From contig CBDBEV010000001.1 in the NCBI GenBank assembly GCA_965204535.1, positions 448,001-512,000 of the forward strand: a DNA stretch of 64,000 bases, read 5' to 3'. The notes beneath the pieces are model-generated. The model searched no databases. It had not been told where the DNA came from and worked only from the letters and a program-made list of their open reading frames with translations. The DNA comes from a bacterium (GTDB taxonomy: Bacteria > UBA8248). Positions 1 to 11,230 of the stretch are shown here, in pieces. Positions within the stretch are counted from its first letter, which is position 1. Every line of letters begins with the position of its first letter. Both the position numbers and the translations under genes were made by a program.

Positions 1-511
1 ACTTCACCTTTTCAGACAGCGGCATCTGCGCATTGACGCGCCTGACGGCTTCCTCTTCATTCATGCCGTTTCGCAGGCGCAGCCGGCCGATCTGCTGGGA
101 TTCATCGCAATCGACAACCACCAGCGAGTCGAACCGCTTCCAGCTCCCCGACTCGATCATGACGGCGGCGTCCACGATCGCGACGGGCGTCCGCCCCTCC
201 CGTTCGAGGCCTTTCAACCGCCTGTCCTGCTCGGCGATGATTTCAGGATGCAGTATCCCCTCCAGAACTTTCTTTTTCGCCGGGTCTGAAAAAACAATCT
301 CCCCGAGCCGGGCGCGGTTCAGGCTCTTCTCTTCGGTAAGGACTTCTTCACCAAAAGCATCGACTATCGCCTCAAGAGCGCGAGACCCCGGAGCAACCAC
401 CTCGCGCGCAATCATGTCCGCGTCGATCACCGGAACGCCGAGATCCCGGAACATCCCGCTTACCGTGGATTTTCCGCTGGCGATTCCCCCGGTCAGGCCA
501 ACCTTGCGCAC
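1..511 (-). CDS. coaE: dephospho-CoA kinase (3' end runs off the window)
   Basis: Manual translation from GTG at 511: MRKVGLTGGIASGKSTVSGMFRDLGVPVIDADMIAREVV...ILHP, the CoaE P-loop and DAD motifs. Not in the ORF track because it is partial. Confidence 0.93.
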   Translation of the reverse strand, partial: MRKVGLTGGIASGKSTVSGMFRDLGVPVIDADMIAREVVAPGSRALEAIVDAFGEEVLTEEKSLNRARLGEIVFSDPAKKKVLEGILHPEIIAEQDRRLKGLEREGRTPVAIVDAAVMIESGSWKRFDSLVVVDCDESQQIGRLRLRNGMNEEEAVRRVNAQMPLSEKVK

Positions 512-565
512 GTCACCGCTTTCCGTTTGTGGGAGGCGTCAAGTCGAGAACATCGGTTGAGGAGA

Positions 566-841
566 TCAAATGCCGCGTCGTTTGGCCTCTTGCTCATAGT
601 GCTTGTTGAAGAGTATCTCCCAATCACGGCTCCCCTCGACCAGCCTGCTGGAATAGGTGCTCAGAATTCTCCGCACCTCTTCTTCAATCTCGTCATCAAT
701 GATCAACTCGTTGCTGATGGCGCGAAGAACATTCATGCGCAACTCTTCGGGCTCGACGAGAAAATCCACATCCTCGCACTCTTCCATATCCTTGACGACC
801 AGATTCGTCAGATGATTGATCTTCTCGCGGCTGAGTTTCAT
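566..841 (-). CDS. DUF507 family protein
   Basis: MKLSREKINHL...DDEIEEEVRRIL; tandem paralog of the next gene. Confidence 0.75.
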   Translation of the reverse strand: MKLSREKINHLTNLVVKDMEECEDVDFLVEPEELRMNVLRAISNELIIDDEIEEEVRRILSTYSSRLVEGSRDWEILFNKHYEQEAKRRGI

Positions 842-891
842 GGCCGCGCTCTCCTTGTAAAAAGAATGATCCGAAAAACTTCGCCATGCCG

Positions 892-1182
892 CTAAAGCAC
901 GAGATTCCGCTCGCGCGCCAGCTTGGTTTTCACCATCGTGAACATCCGGCTGTAGTCCACGTTGCCCCTGTCCATCTCCTCCTCGAAATCCCGCAGGATT
1001 TCCTTGACCTCGTCGTTCAAGCGGTCTTCCACCATCAGGTCTGCTTCGATGACGTGCGCTATCCGGGTCCGAAGCACTTCATGGTTCGAATCCTCGGACA
1101 TCAATTCGCGGCGAACCAGCCTCTCGACGATCCTGTGGGCGATTCGCTCGATCATCTCTTTTCGCAATCTCATACCGGGCAC
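892..1182 (-). CDS. DUF507 family protein
   Basis: MRLRKEMIERIA...EDRLNDEVKEIL...VDYSRMFTMVKTKLARERNLVL. Confidence 0.8.
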   Translation of the reverse strand: MPGMRLRKEMIERIAHRIVERLVRRELMSEDSNHEVLRTRIAHVIEADLMVEDRLNDEVKEILRDFEEEMDRGNVDYSRMFTMVKTKLARERNLVL

Positions 1183-1196
1183 TCCCCAACAATTTA

Positions 1197-2264
1197 TCAG
1201 GCCGGATTAGCTGCTTTTCTCCCGCGACGGCTCTTGCGGTACTTCTTCAAGGCGGCTTCCAGATCCTGAGCGAACGCATCTCGCAATTCGGCCGGGGCCA
1301 TCAACTCCGCCTCCTGACCGAAAGACATCAGCCATCGCCTGAAACCCCATATGTCACTTACCCGAACCGTCACGTCGCGGCTCGGTTTGCCCGATTTCTT
1401 CAAAAGCGCCACTTCACCGAACGCTTCTTTCATGAAGGCGACGACTGCATGAAGCGACACGTCCTTCCCGAACCGGACCTTCACATTCAAACCATTATTC
1501 ACCGCTTCGCGCAAGCACTCGGCCAGCAAAGCTTTCAAATCCAGGCCCAGCGGCATCTGGAAGGCCCCGGCCATGATGCGGACGCTCTCTATGCCCTCCA
1601 GGTGCCAGACGTCCAGGGCGTTTTTCTCGGATTCGCGCGCCAGCAGGTGATAGCTTCCTCCATCGAAATGCAACAGATAGGGGTCCACCTTCCACCAGCG
1701 TTTCCGAATCTCGCCCGCGCGCGCCGCCAGGATTCGCGCAGGCCTTCCCTTCTCTATCGCCTCGCTCAGGACGCCGCCTACCCTACGCTGCCGCCCGTGC
1801 TCTCTGAGCGCTCCCACGACCCCGGCGTAGCGCGGCTCCACTCCCTCCGCATAGGCGCGCAAAGCCGCAGGAATATAACTCCGCAACCGGCTGAAAACGC
1901 CGCCGACGCTGTCGCCGAGCGACTGCTCTCTCAATGGGCTGCTCGGCAAATCCCGCATCATGCACAGGGCGTAATACAATGACGCCCACTGAGAAGGTGA
2001 AAACGGCTTCGGAACCGAATCCACATATTCCCTCAACAAACGATACCGCATCTTCCGGCCCGTGCGAACCCTCTCCAGCGGAAACCCCGCCTTGGCCAAA
2101 TGCGAAATATCCCTTTGAAGCGTTCTCAAGCTCCAGGTTTGGCCGTCGCCTTCGGCCGGCTCCTCGCTCAGGACCGCCAGGAGTTCTTCATAGGACCAGC
2201 TCTCTCCGCTCTCCAGAGCTCTGAGAAGCCGCCAGCGACGAATGAATTGATCCTGAAGCGCCAT
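1197..2264 (-). CDS. HTH-WYL(-WCX) transcriptional regulator
   Basis: Start at MALQDQFIRR (GGAAGG RBS). HTH motif SLRTLQRDI, WYL-like VDPYLL...SYHLLA, C-terminal RWLMSFGQEAELMAPAELR. Confidence 0.85.
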   Translation of the reverse strand: MALQDQFIRRWRLLRALESGESWSYEELLAVLSEEPAEGDGQTWSLRTLQRDISHLAKAGFPLERVRTGRKMRYRLLREYVDSVPKPFSPSQWASLYYALCMMRDLPSSPLREQSLGDSVGGVFSRLRSYIPAALRAYAEGVEPRYAGVVGALREHGRQRRVGGVLSEAIEKGRPARILAARAGEIRKRWWKVDPYLLHFDGGSYHLLARESEKNALDVWHLEGIESVRIMAGAFQMPLGLDLKALLAECLREAVNNGLNVKVRFGKDVSLHAVVAFMKEAFGEVALLKKSGKPSRDVTVRVSDIWGFRRWLMSFGQEAELMAPAELRDAFAQDLEAALKKYRKSRRGRKAANPA

Positions 2265-2274
2265 GTGGCCTTCC

Positions 2275-3156
2275 TTATGTTGCCGCCCGGCGAGTTTTCG
2301 CCCGTTCCGACAATTCAAGCAACAAACGCAAGGGCTGTGAGAATTGCCCCAATCTATCCTGTTTGTACGGGACGCCGTGACAATCGGAGCCTCCTGTGCA
2401 CAAAAGCCCGTATTCTTCGGCCATTTTCCGGTAATGGCGCTGTGCGTCGGCGTCTTGCGAGGGATGTTCCACCTCGATGCCCGCGAGTCCCGCTTCTGCC
2501 ATGACCGGGATGAGCTCATCACACTCGCTCAACATCGGATGCGCCAGCGTGGCGGCTCCACCGGCGTCATGAATGAGCTCCAGCGCGTCAAACGGAGTCA
2601 GGGTATTCAACTCCACGTAGCAAGGCGCGCTTTCGCCGATGTATTTCCCAAAAACCTCCTCGCGCGATCTGGCGAACCCTTTTTCGAGCATGTATGCGCC
2701 CAACTGCCCCCGGGTGATGCTCGGACTGTCCGCATAGGCAGCGAAAAAATCCTCCTTGTCCAAACGCAGGCCGCAGCGGCCCAGCCTGTCGATCATCTCT
2801 CCCATTCTCTCCACCCTCGCGGAACCGCGCGTTTTGATTTGCGCCGCCAGACGGGGCGCATCCGGCCGGATGAAATGGCCGAGCAGGTGCACGCTCCGGC
2901 CGTCATGGTCGCAAGTGAACTCGATGCCCGGAATGAACTCCATCCCCAGTCTTTGCGCCTCCGCGCCCGCGCGGGACAAGCCCGCGACCGTGTCGTGATC
3001 CGTAAGCGATACGGCGCGAATGCCGGCGCGTTGCGCCCTGTGCATGAGTTTTTCGGGAGACTCCAGCCCATCGGACATATTCGAATGGGTATGAAGCTCC
3101 ACGACCTTTTCATCGGGAGAGAGGCCGTTGAAATGAAAGTCATGCGCCATCGACAC
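2275..3156 (-). CDS. PHP-domain phosphoesterase (TrpH/YciV-like)
   Basis: LHTHSNMSDG, LTDHDT, GIEF, HLLG, LAHP and GGSDCHG metal-binding motifs. Confidence 0.92.
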   Translation of the reverse strand: MSMAHDFHFNGLSPDEKVVELHTHSNMSDGLESPEKLMHRAQRAGIRAVSLTDHDTVAGLSRAGAEAQRLGMEFIPGIEFTCDHDGRSVHLLGHFIRPDAPRLAAQIKTRGSARVERMGEMIDRLGRCGLRLDKEDFFAAYADSPSITRGQLGAYMLEKGFARSREEVFGKYIGESAPCYVELNTLTPFDALELIHDAGGAATLAHPMLSECDELIPVMAEAGLAGIEVEHPSQDADAQRHYRKMAEEYGLLCTGGSDCHGVPYKQDRLGQFSQPLRLLLELSERAKTRRAAT

Positions 3157-3204
3157 GGATTCCTGGATGCGAGGGAAACGCCGGCTTCCGCCCGGCTCGA
3201 TGAA

Positions 3205-3279
<75 letters not shown>

Positions 3280-3507
3280 CTACATACGAACGATAGGGCC
3301 ATGCCGCCGACAGTGTCAAGGAAATGGAAGGTAAAATAATGCAAGCGGTAGGTAGTGTCTCACTTTGAAATTTGAAACCCCACCCTTCCCGTATTTGGCT
3401 CACTCGACTTACATGAAGTTCATTTTTCCTGATTCGCTCATCTAGTGCGCCGTTCGGAGTATGCGGCTCGCTCAGGCGGAAAGGGTGGAGTCAAAGAGCC
3501 ATCTTAC

Positions 3508-3712
3508 TTAATTCGCGGGAACCTTCCAACGCGCCGCCGCGCCGTTCTTTGCGATTTCTTTTCGGCGTTCGGGTGATAGTTTGGCGGCTCTAGCCTTACC
3601 GCCCTTGCGGGCGATTATCTGTGCTGGGGTTTGGGTTTCCGGTTATTTCACCTGTGGCGAGCTTCACAACCTTGACGGCGCAAACCACCGCGCCGCCTGG
3701 TCTTTTTTCCAT
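3508..3712 (-). pseudogene. frameshifted small basic IS-associated protein (KGGKARAAKLSPERRKEIA type)
   Basis: MEKRPGGAVVCAVKVVKLATGEI continues after a frameshift as ARKGGKARAAKLSPERRKEIAKNGAAARW*. Confidence 0.65.
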
Positions 3713-3727
3713 CAGGGCCTGTAGACA

Positions 3728-4081
3728 TTATCGCCCCTCTACTTTCTCACGAAATTCATCTAGAAATTCCACCTTCACCGAAATGCCTTCGAGCTTCCCG
3801 TCAACCAACTCGAGATGCTCTTCGATGCCATTGAAGCGTTGATCCACTGTCTCGAAATCCTCCGTCACCCCTTCCTCAAGTTTCTCGAAGCGCTGATCCA
3901 CTTTCTCGAAACCCTTCGCCACTTCCTTCTCGAGTTTCTCGAAGCGCTGATTCACTGTCTCGAAACGCTGATTCACTGTCTCGAAGCCATCCGCTACCTC
4001 ATTCTCAAGCTTCTCCAAGCGTTGATTCGTTTCTTTTGCGAGGGGGATGAGTTTTCCGATTTCTTCCTCAATATTCATCAA
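3728..4081 (-). CDS. heptad-repeat coiled-coil hypothetical protein
   Basis: Repeated FETVNQR/FEKVDQR/FEKLE units; 117 aa. Confidence 0.75.
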   Translation of the reverse strand: MMNIEEEIGKLIPLAKETNQRLEKLENEVADGFETVNQRFETVNQRFEKLEKEVAKGFEKVDQRFEKLEEGVTEDFETVDQRFNGIEEHLELVDGKLEGISVKVEFLDEFREKVEGR

Positions 4082-4457
4082 GCAGTCCTCTATCTATTGG
4101 GCGTTTCATTGTGTCAAATCACGCCATATCTCGTCAAGGCCATTTTTGAACATTTGTTCAACAATCGTCTCTTTGCCCTATTTTCATAGCAGCATCATTG
4201 AATACATCAAAATCCACCTCACAATGTATTCCTTTTCATCTTCACTGTTGTCTCTTTTCTCCCCTGTGGTTTTTGAGTTGCTCTAAATTGCACCCGTATG
4301 CAGTTTTATGCACATGAATGCACGGCATGTCAGACGCTCTCTTTGGTCAAAAAAAGGCCCGCCATTGAATGTCGGTCCCATTTGTTCGGCACAAAAAAAA
4401 TGGTGTGGTTCAAGCTAGTTTTTCAAACTGAGACAGTTCCAAGCGGCAAACGCCTCG

Positions 4458-5306
4458 TTATCTCGCCAGCGTCCATTCCCGGTTTTCATACCGAGACCGG
4501 GATATTTCCAGCGCCCTCGCATTCTCGATACTCGTCAGCGCATCCGGGAGAAAGCGAAAACCCGACACTCTCTCCAAACCCGCCCTCAAGGCTTCGGCCA
4601 CCTCATGGAACGAAATTTCCTCGCCCAGAACCTCCCATAGACCTGCCGCGTGCGCATGGCCGGAGAGCAGACGCTCGACCCCCCTCGGTTTGAGGAGACT
4701 CGCCAGCCGCTCCTCCGAGGAGCGGAGCAGGACGCTGCCGTGCTGCAACACCGCGCCGCCCTCGCGGCATTGCGCGCTGCCCACCATCTTTTTCCCGTCA
4801 ATCGCAAGCTCCCACACCGACGCCGTGGCGAAACAAGAACCCTGCGAAGCGTACGCGCTCCCGCTCGGGGGAGCCAATTCGACCTGTGCCCCCAAGGCCG
4901 CCAGCCCTTCGGCCAGCCCCAGGCTGATCCTGCGGTAGGTTTCCTCAATCGCATCACCCAAAAGAGCCTGCGGGCCGGTGACGGAATACGTCAACTCACA
5001 ATCATGGAGCACCGCGCGCCCGCCGGTGAGCCTCCGGCAGATGTCGATTCCCTCATCGGCGAGTCGTTCCAGGAAAATATCGCGCCCGGCGTTCTGACCG
5101 CGGCCCAGGGAGATGGCCGGAGGCGACCAGGCGTAGACGCGAAAAGTGAGAGGCGCCTCCTCGGGAGGACGGCCTTCTCCCAGATGAGCCCGGCAACCCT
5201 CGAACAACAATTCATCCACCGCCATGTTCCAGGCGGCGGTGGACTCGCCCGTGTTCAAGAAGCGTGCGTGGGGGATTTCCTCGAGTTCAGAATTTGCGCT
5301 TTCCAT
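4458..5306 (-). CDS. lipoate-protein ligase A / octanoyltransferase (LipM-like)
   Basis: WNMAVDE, RRLTGGRAVLH, KMVGSAQ, LQHGS. Likely start MESANS lies just after the gcvP stop. Confidence 0.9.
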   Translation of the reverse strand: MESANSELEEIPHARFLNTGESTAAWNMAVDELLFEGCRAHLGEGRPPEEAPLTFRVYAWSPPAISLGRGQNAGRDIFLERLADEGIDICRRLTGGRAVLHDCELTYSVTGPQALLGDAIEETYRRISLGLAEGLAALGAQVELAPPSGSAYASQGSCFATASVWELAIDGKKMVGSAQCREGGAVLQHGSVLLRSSEERLASLLKPRGVERLLSGHAHAAGLWEVLGEEISFHEVAEALRAGLERVSGFRFLPDALTSIENARALEISRSRYENREWTLAR

Positions 5307-5308
5307 TC

Positions 5309-8197
5309 TCAGGCATAGTTCTCGACAGGCAGGCAGGAGCAGACCAGGTTCCTGTCTCCATAGGGGTTGTTCACCCGCTTGACGGGGGGCCAGTACTTCG
5401 CCGCGCGCACCCAGGGCAGCGGGAAAACGGCTTTCTCGCGCGAATAGGGGTGCGCCCATTCATCGGACGCGATGTCCGACGCCGTATGGGGCGCGTTCTT
5501 GAGAGCGTTGTCCTCCGCGCTCATGAGTCCGTCCGCAATCTCCTGGATATCGCGCCTGATGTCGAGCATCGCGTCGCAGAAACGGTCCAGCTCTTCTCGC
5601 GACTCGCTCTCCGTCGGCTCGATCATCAGGGTTCCCGCCACCGGGAAAGACATCGTGGGCGCATGGAAGCCGTAGTCCATCAGGCGTTTTGCAATGTCTT
5701 CGTTCGTCACGCCCGAAGTTTCCTGCAAGGGCCTGATGTCGATGATGCACTCGTGCGCGACCATACCGTTCGCCCCCTTGTACAGAACCTCATAGTGGGG
5801 TTCGAGCCTTCGTGCGACGTAATTCGCGTTCAGAATGGCCACCTGCGTCGCCTTGACGAGGCCCTCCCCGCCCATCATGGCGATATACATCCAGGAGATG
5901 GGCAGAATTCCCGCGCTTCCCCAGGGCGCCGCTGAAATCGCATCCACACCCGTCTCCGGCCCGACGCCCGGAACCACCGAATGTTTCGGCATATAGGGGG
6001 ACAGATGCTTCACGACGCCGATGGGGCCCATGCCCGGTCCGCCACCGCCGTGGGGGATGCAGAACGTCTTGTGGAGGTTCATGTGGGAGACGTCGGGCCC
6101 GAATTCACCGGGCTTGCAGATTCCGACCAGCGCGTTCAGGTTCGCGCCGTCCATGTACACCTGCCCGCCGTTTTGATGGATGACCTCGCAAATCTCCACC
6201 ACGCCTTCCTCGAAAACGCCGTGCGTCGAAGGATAGGTGATCATCAAGGCGGCCAGTTTTTCCGAAAATTTCTCGGCCTTCTCCCTGAGATCCGCGATGT
6301 CCACGTTACCGTTCGAATCGCAATCGACCACCACCACCTCGAAACCGGCCATGACGGCGCTCGCGGGATTCGTCCCGTGGGCCGAACTCGGGATCAGGCA
6401 GATGTTCCGGTAACCCTCGTTTTTGCTCTCATGGTATTTGCGGATGACCAGCAGGCCGGCGTATTCGCCCTGCGCGCCCGAGTTGGGCTGCATGGAGATG
6501 GAATCGAACCCCGTGCACTCGGCCAGCATGTGTTCCAGATCGGCGATGAATTCGCGGTATCCGCGCACCTGTTCTTCCGGTGCGAAGGGGTGAATCCCGC
6601 CGAATTCCTCCCACGTCACGGGAATCATCTCGGTGGTGGCGTTCAGCTTCATCGTGCACGAACCGAGGGGGATCATCGAGCGCGTGAGCGCGATGTCTTT
6701 TTCCTGAAGGCGGTAGATGTAGCGCAGCATTTCATGTTCGGCGTGGTAGGAATTGAAAACGGGATGCGTCATGTAGGGAGAGGTTCTTCGCAAGGATTCC
6801 GGAATCCTCTCCGCCGCGTTCGCCTCGACGTCATCGAACGATAGTCCGGCCGAGCCGTCTTCGGCGAAAACCTCCCAGAGCGCTTCGACCTCTCCTCTCC
6901 CGGTGGTCTCATCCAAAGCGATACCGACGGTATCCTCATCGAGCGCTCTCAGGTTCATACGGCGCTCCGCCGCTTTTTCGACGATGCGGGCGGCGGCTCC
7001 CGCGCCGGCGCGCACCGCCACGGTGTCGAAAAAAGAATCCGACGCCAGGGCGTAGCCCATACTTTCCAGGCCATCGGCCAGCACGCCGGCCAAGCGGTGC
7101 GTTCTCCGGGCGATCCGCTTCACGCCGTCCGGTCCGTGGTAGACGCCGTACATGCTCGCGATGACGGCCAGAAGAACCTGGGCCGTACATATGTTGCTCG
7201 TGGCGCGCTCGCGGCGTATGTGCTGTTCTCTCGTCTGCAGGGACAGCCTCAGGGCGGGCTTTTCGTCCGCGTCGATCGAGACACCGACGATGCGGCCCGG
7301 CATGGCGCGCTTGTACTGCTCCCTGGTCGCCAGATAGGCCGCATGCGGCCCGCCGAAGCCGAGCGGAACGCCGAAACGCTGCGAATTGCCCACGACGACG
7401 TCCGCCCCGAATTCGCCGGGAGGCTTCAAAAGCGCCAGGGCGAGAATATCCGCAGCGACGACGACCAGGGCGTCCGTCTCGTGCGCCCTGGCCGTAAAAC
7501 CGGCGTAGTCGAATATCTCCCCGCCCGTTGCGGGATACTGAAGCAAAACGCCGAATACGTCCTCATCCAGCGCGCCGTCACGATGATCGCCCACCACGAC
7601 CTCGATATCCTGAGGCTCCGCTCTCGTGCGCACCACCTCGATGGTCTGGGGGTGACAGTCTTTCGAGATGAAAAACTTGCGCCCCTTGTTCCTGCTCGCA
7701 TTCATCACCATGGTCATGGCCTCGGCGGCGGCCGTGCCCTCATCGAGCAAGGAGGCGTTGGCGATCTCCATGCCGGTGAGGTCCATGATCATGGTCTGGA
7801 AATTGAGCAGCGCCTCCATGCGTCCCTGCGAGATCTCCGGCTGATAGGGCGTGTACGCCGTGTACCATCCCGGATTCTCCAGAATGTTGCGAAGAACCAC
7901 CGTCGGGGTGTGGCAATCCGAATACCCCATGCCGAGCATGGACTTGAAGACCTGATTTCGGGCCGCGAAAGAACCCAGATCGGCCAGGGCCCGCTGTTCG
8001 GTCCTGGGCGCGGCGAGATTCAGCTTCGTATTGGAGATGATGGATGAAGGGATGGCTTTTTCGACCAGATCGTCGAGGGAGTCCAGACCGATCACTCCCA
8101 GCATCGACGCAATGTCTTCATCGCTGGGCGCGATGTGGCGATGAATGAACTCTCCCCGATTCTCGAGATTCTCAAGAGACAAGCGAGATTCCGGCAT
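5309..8197 (-). CDS. gcvP: glycine dehydrogenase (glycine cleavage P protein, single chain)
   Basis: [30 protein letters not shown] and PLP-site [15 protein letters not shown]; 962 aa. Confidence 0.98.
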   Translation of the reverse strand: MPESRLSLENLENRGEFIHRHIAPSDEDIASMLGVIGLDSLDDLVEKAIPSSIISNTKLNLAAPRTEQRALADLGSFAARNQVFKSMLGMGYSDCHTPTVVLRNILENPGWYTAYTPYQPEISQGRMEALLNFQTMIMDLTGMEIANASLLDEGTAAAEAMTMVMNASRNKGRKFFISKDCHPQTIEVVRTRAEPQDIEVVVGDHRDGALDEDVFGVLLQYPATGGEIFDYAGFTARAHETDALVVVAADILALALLKPPGEFGADVVVGNSQRFGVPLGFGGPHAAYLATREQYKRAMPGRIVGVSIDADEKPALRLSLQTREQHIRRERATSNICTAQVLLAVIASMYGVYHGPDGVKRIARRTHRLAGVLADGLESMGYALASDSFFDTVAVRAGAGAAARIVEKAAERRMNLRALDEDTVGIALDETTGRGEVEALWEVFAEDGSAGLSFDDVEANAAERIPESLRRTSPYMTHPVFNSYHAEHEMLRYIYRLQEKDIALTRSMIPLGSCTMKLNATTEMIPVTWEEFGGIHPFAPEEQVRGYREFIADLEHMLAECTGFDSISMQPNSGAQGEYAGLLVIRKYHESKNEGYRNICLIPSSAHGTNPASAVMAGFEVVVVDCDSNGNVDIADLREKAEKFSEKLAALMITYPSTHGVFEEGVVEICEVIHQNGGQVYMDGANLNALVGICKPGEFGPDVSHMNLHKTFCIPHGGGGPGMGPIGVVKHLSPYMPKHSVVPGVGPETGVDAISAAPWGSAGILPISWMYIAMMGGEGLVKATQVAILNANYVARRLEPHYEVLYKGANGMVAHECIIDIRPLQETSGVTNEDIAKRLMDYGFHAPTMSFPVAGTLMIEPTESESREELDRFCDAMLDIRRDIQEIADGLMSAEDNALKNAPHTASDIASDEWAHPYSREKAVFPLPWVRAAKYWPPVKRVNNPYGDRNLVCSCLPVENYA

Positions 8198-8304
8198 GAA
8201 TGCGCCCCTTCAGGTCATGGGGATTCAGGCGGACACTATATTTCCGCCCCGGCTCACGGGAGATGAAAACCCTCTTACAGAGTAAAGGGAAAGGCCGGTT
8301 CGGA

Positions 8305-8694
8305 CTAACCGCTTTCCTCCTCGACGTACGCCCGGTACGAATCGGCTTCCAGGAGATCGCTCAACTCCGACTCGTCTTTCATCTCCACGCGAATCATCCA
8401 GCCGTCTTCATAGGGCTCGGAGTTCACGAGCTCGGGCTGATCTTCGAGCGTGGTGTTCGCCTCGACGACGACGCCCGAGACCGGCGCGAAAAGGTCCGAT
8501 ACCGCCTTGACGCTCTCCACGACGCCGAACGTGTTGTTCGCCTCCACCTCCGTGCCGCCTTCGGGCAGTTCGACGTACACCACGTCTCCCAGTTCCGATT
8601 GGGCGAAATCCGTGATCCCGATCACCGCGATGTTTCCCTCTACTCTCACCCACTCATGCTCTCTGGAATATTTGAGGCCGCTCGGTAGTTCCAT
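8305..8694 (-). CDS. gcvH: glycine cleavage H protein
   Basis: HEWVR, GITDFAQ and lipoyl-Lys motif VESVKAVSD. Confidence 0.98.
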   Translation of the reverse strand: MELPSGLKYSREHEWVRVEGNIAVIGITDFAQSELGDVVYVELPEGGTEVEANNTFGVVESVKAVSDLFAPVSGVVVEANTTLEDQPELVNSEPYEDGWMIRVEMKDESELSDLLEADSYRAYVEEESG

Positions 8695-8766
8695 GCTCCT
8701 GAATGCCTCCCTTTTGGATAACGGCAGCTTCTTATGAATCGTTATGAGAAAACCGAATTCATTCCG

Positions 8767-9876
8767 TCAGCTTTTCCTGTAAAAAGGCGTCTTCACAATC
8801 TGCGCCCTTCTGGCCTTGCCGCGAATGTCGATTTCGAGCGCGGCGCCCACATCCGCATTCGTCGCAGGAACGTAGCCTATCCCGATGGCTTTGCCAAGAG
8901 AGGGGCTCATCGTCCCGCTCGTCACCTCGCCGGCCACTTCGCCCTCGATCAGGATGGGCGCTCCATGACGAGGAATACCACGATCCACCATCTCGAATCC
9001 AACCAGTTTTCGCTTTATCCCCTCGGCCTTTAAGGCCAGCAGTTTCTCGCGGCCGATGAAATCCCCCGCCTTGTACTTCACCACCCAGCCGAGGCCCGCC
9101 TCGATTGGATGCGTGGACTCATCGATGTCGTTTCCGTACAGGGCGTATTTCATCTCGGTGCGCAGGGTATCCCGCGCGCCCAGGCCGCAGGGCTTGAGGC
9201 CATCGCTCCCGCCCTCGCTCATCAGCGCATCCCAGAGCGCGGGCGCATCGGCCGATTTGCAGTAGAGCTCGAAGCCGTCCTCTCCGGTATACCCCGTGCG
9301 GGAGACGAGAACTTCACACCCCGCCACGTCCTTATACTGCGCCCCGTAATAGGAGATGGCCGCAAGGTCCCCTCCGCCCGGAATCAGCTTCCCTAAAATA
9401 GCCTCGGCTTTGGGGCCTTGCAGGGCGAGGAGGCCCGTCTCCTCGCTCACGTTTTCGAACGCGCAGTCCTCGGTATGGCGGGAAGCCATCCACTCCCAGT
9501 CCTTTTCGATGTTGGCCGCGTTCACGACGGCCATGTAGCGCTCCTCTTCGAGCCGGTAGACCGTGAGGTCGTCCACGATTCCGCCCGCCTCCCGGCACAT
9601 GGCCGCATAGAGGACGCCGCCCACATCGAGCCGCTTGACGTTGTTCGTGACCATCTTGTGGATGAAGGCGCCCGCCTCTTTTCCGCGCGCTTCGAACTCG
9701 CCCATGTGGCTCACGTCGAACAGGCCGGCGGCTTCGCGCACCGCATGGTGTTCGTCGATCACGCCCGTGTACTGGACGGGCATCTCGTAGCCCGCGAAGG
9801 GAACCATCTTGGCGCCGGCGGCCTTGTGGGCTTCATGGAGGGAGGTTCTGCGCAGTTCCTGATCGGCGTTCGTCAT
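8767..9876 (-). CDS. gcvT: glycine cleavage T protein (aminomethyltransferase)
   Basis: FAGYEMPVQY, DVSHMG, SRTGYTGEDGFE, GLGARDTLR. Confidence 0.98.
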   Translation of the reverse strand: MTNADQELRRTSLHEAHKAAGAKMVPFAGYEMPVQYTGVIDEHHAVREAAGLFDVSHMGEFEARGKEAGAFIHKMVTNNVKRLDVGGVLYAAMCREAGGIVDDLTVYRLEEERYMAVVNAANIEKDWEWMASRHTEDCAFENVSEETGLLALQGPKAEAILGKLIPGGGDLAAISYYGAQYKDVAGCEVLVSRTGYTGEDGFELYCKSADAPALWDALMSEGGSDGLKPCGLGARDTLRTEMKYALYGNDIDESTHPIEAGLGWVVKYKAGDFIGREKLLALKAEGIKRKLVGFEMVDRGIPRHGAPILIEGEVAGEVTSGTMSPSLGKAIGIGYVPATNADVGAALEIDIRGKARRAQIVKTPFYRKS

Positions 9877-10126
9877 GACGACCTCGCTCAGCGGCTGAAA
9901 TTACCGCCCTTCATGAGCCTTACCGTGTATCGGGATGAATTTCAAGAGGATTTTTCTTTACACGCAGAGTTCAATATCACCCATCATATCGACAAAAACA
10001 GGAGATCGCGAAAAATTTCCGAGCAATTTTCCTGGAAGCATCGCTCCCCGACGAATCCCACGAGGGGATTTTCAGGGGAATGATATGTTCCGTTGACGGC
10101 TTCTTTCTCTGACTGGGTTTTTCTCG

Positions 10127-11082
10127 CTCCCCCCTTGGGGGTCTGTTGAAAAACCCTGATTCAGGAGCGGGCGATATTGGGGTTACGCGGCGGTCCTCCT
10201 TCCTACCGCGCAGGTGGCCATAAAACCTCATCCTGAGTAGGCGCGAAAGCGCCGTATCGAAGGATGGGAAGCGTCTCCCAACGTGTGGGAGGGTATCCTT
10301 CGATACGCGGCTCCGCCGCTACTCAGGATGAGGCGGTGTGGTTTTGTTCGTCATTCCGGCGAAAGCCGGAATCCATTTTCGCCTTTGTCTTTGGGGCCTT
10401 TCGCCCGGACATTCTCTCTTCCGACCGGGGAAGATACGGACGCCGCCATATACATCCGCCTCATCCGTTCTGGATTCGGGCGCGGCGTTCCCTCCCGCGA
10501 GTCGGAATCAAATGCGAAAACGAAAACAAAAATCATAAAATGGATTCCGGCTTTCGCCGGAATGACGGTAGTCTTCCCACATCGAGGGACTTTTTCAACA
10601 GCCCCCTCAAGGGGGGAGTGAAATTCAAAAGCGTCGGCAAAACATAAACATCCCCCTCGCTCGGGTTTGCCCCTCCTGTAGGGACAGGCCCCCGTGCCTG
10701 TCCGTGGCCCTCGCGCCTTTCCTGTATCGGGGTGAATACGACCGACGGGCGGCCACAGGGGGCCGCCCCTACGGCCGCCATTCGAGGGGGCGCGCAGGAT
10801 TTTTCAACAACCCCTCGCGGGGGCATCGCTTTCAGCCCTCTTGTCAGGGGGGCTTTCTTTTTTTACCCCCCTGTCAAGGGGGGGGGGGTAGGGGGGGTTG
10901 GTTTTCGAGTCGAGGGCGAGCGGGTGGTATGGCGGATTACGCGGTGGTTCCCTTTTCTCCCACGCAGGCGGCCACAAAACCTCATCCCGAGTAGGCCCGA
11001 AGGGCCGTATCGAGGGAGCGCCTCTTCGACAGGCTCAGGAGAGGCCCTTCGATACGCGGCTTCGCCGCTACTCAGGGTGAGG
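10127..11082. repeat. composite cluster of nested palindromic REP/MITE-like elements
   Basis: Contains CTCCCCCCTT..AAGGGGGGAG and TGTTGAAAAA..TTTTTCAACA ends, CCTCATCCTGAGTAG..CTACTCAGGATGAGG (two copies), a GTCATTCCGGCGAAAGCCGGAATCCA inverted pair and GTAG-type REP hairpins. Confidence 0.85.
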
Positions 11083-11230
11083 GGTGTAGGGCAACGGGTT
11101 TTGGCAGGGGCGGTTCGAGAACTTCGGGGTAATCCGGGAAAGCAGGTTTGCTCCGCAGCATCACCGAACCGGTTCGCGGCCCGAATCCTGTCGCACCGCT
11201 CATGCGTCGCGAGGTCGAGCCGGCAAACGC

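Larger units (their letters stand above)
3351..4440. mobile_element. non-autonomous IS1-like element with passenger ORFs
   Basis: 20-bp terminal inverted repeats GGTAGTGTCTCACTTTGAAA (3351-3370) and TTTCAAACTGAGACAGTTCC (4421-4440) match 17/20. Flanks AAGCGGTA and AAGCGGCA match 7/8 (probable target duplication). Interior is AT-rich with no transposase. Confidence 0.7.

Noticed and set aside
3830-4030. Periodic 21-bp repeats as a CRISPR array
   Set aside because: They are in-frame coding heptad repeats with no unique spacers.
9877-10126. Glycine riboswitch upstream of gcvT
   Set aside because: The conserved GGAGA..CCGAAG..CTCTCAGG aptamer motifs are not visible on the coding strand.
10127-11082. 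Repeat clusters as CRISPR arrays or protein-coding genes
   Set aside because: The repeats are inverted, nested and irregularly spaced; ORFs across them are artefacts.
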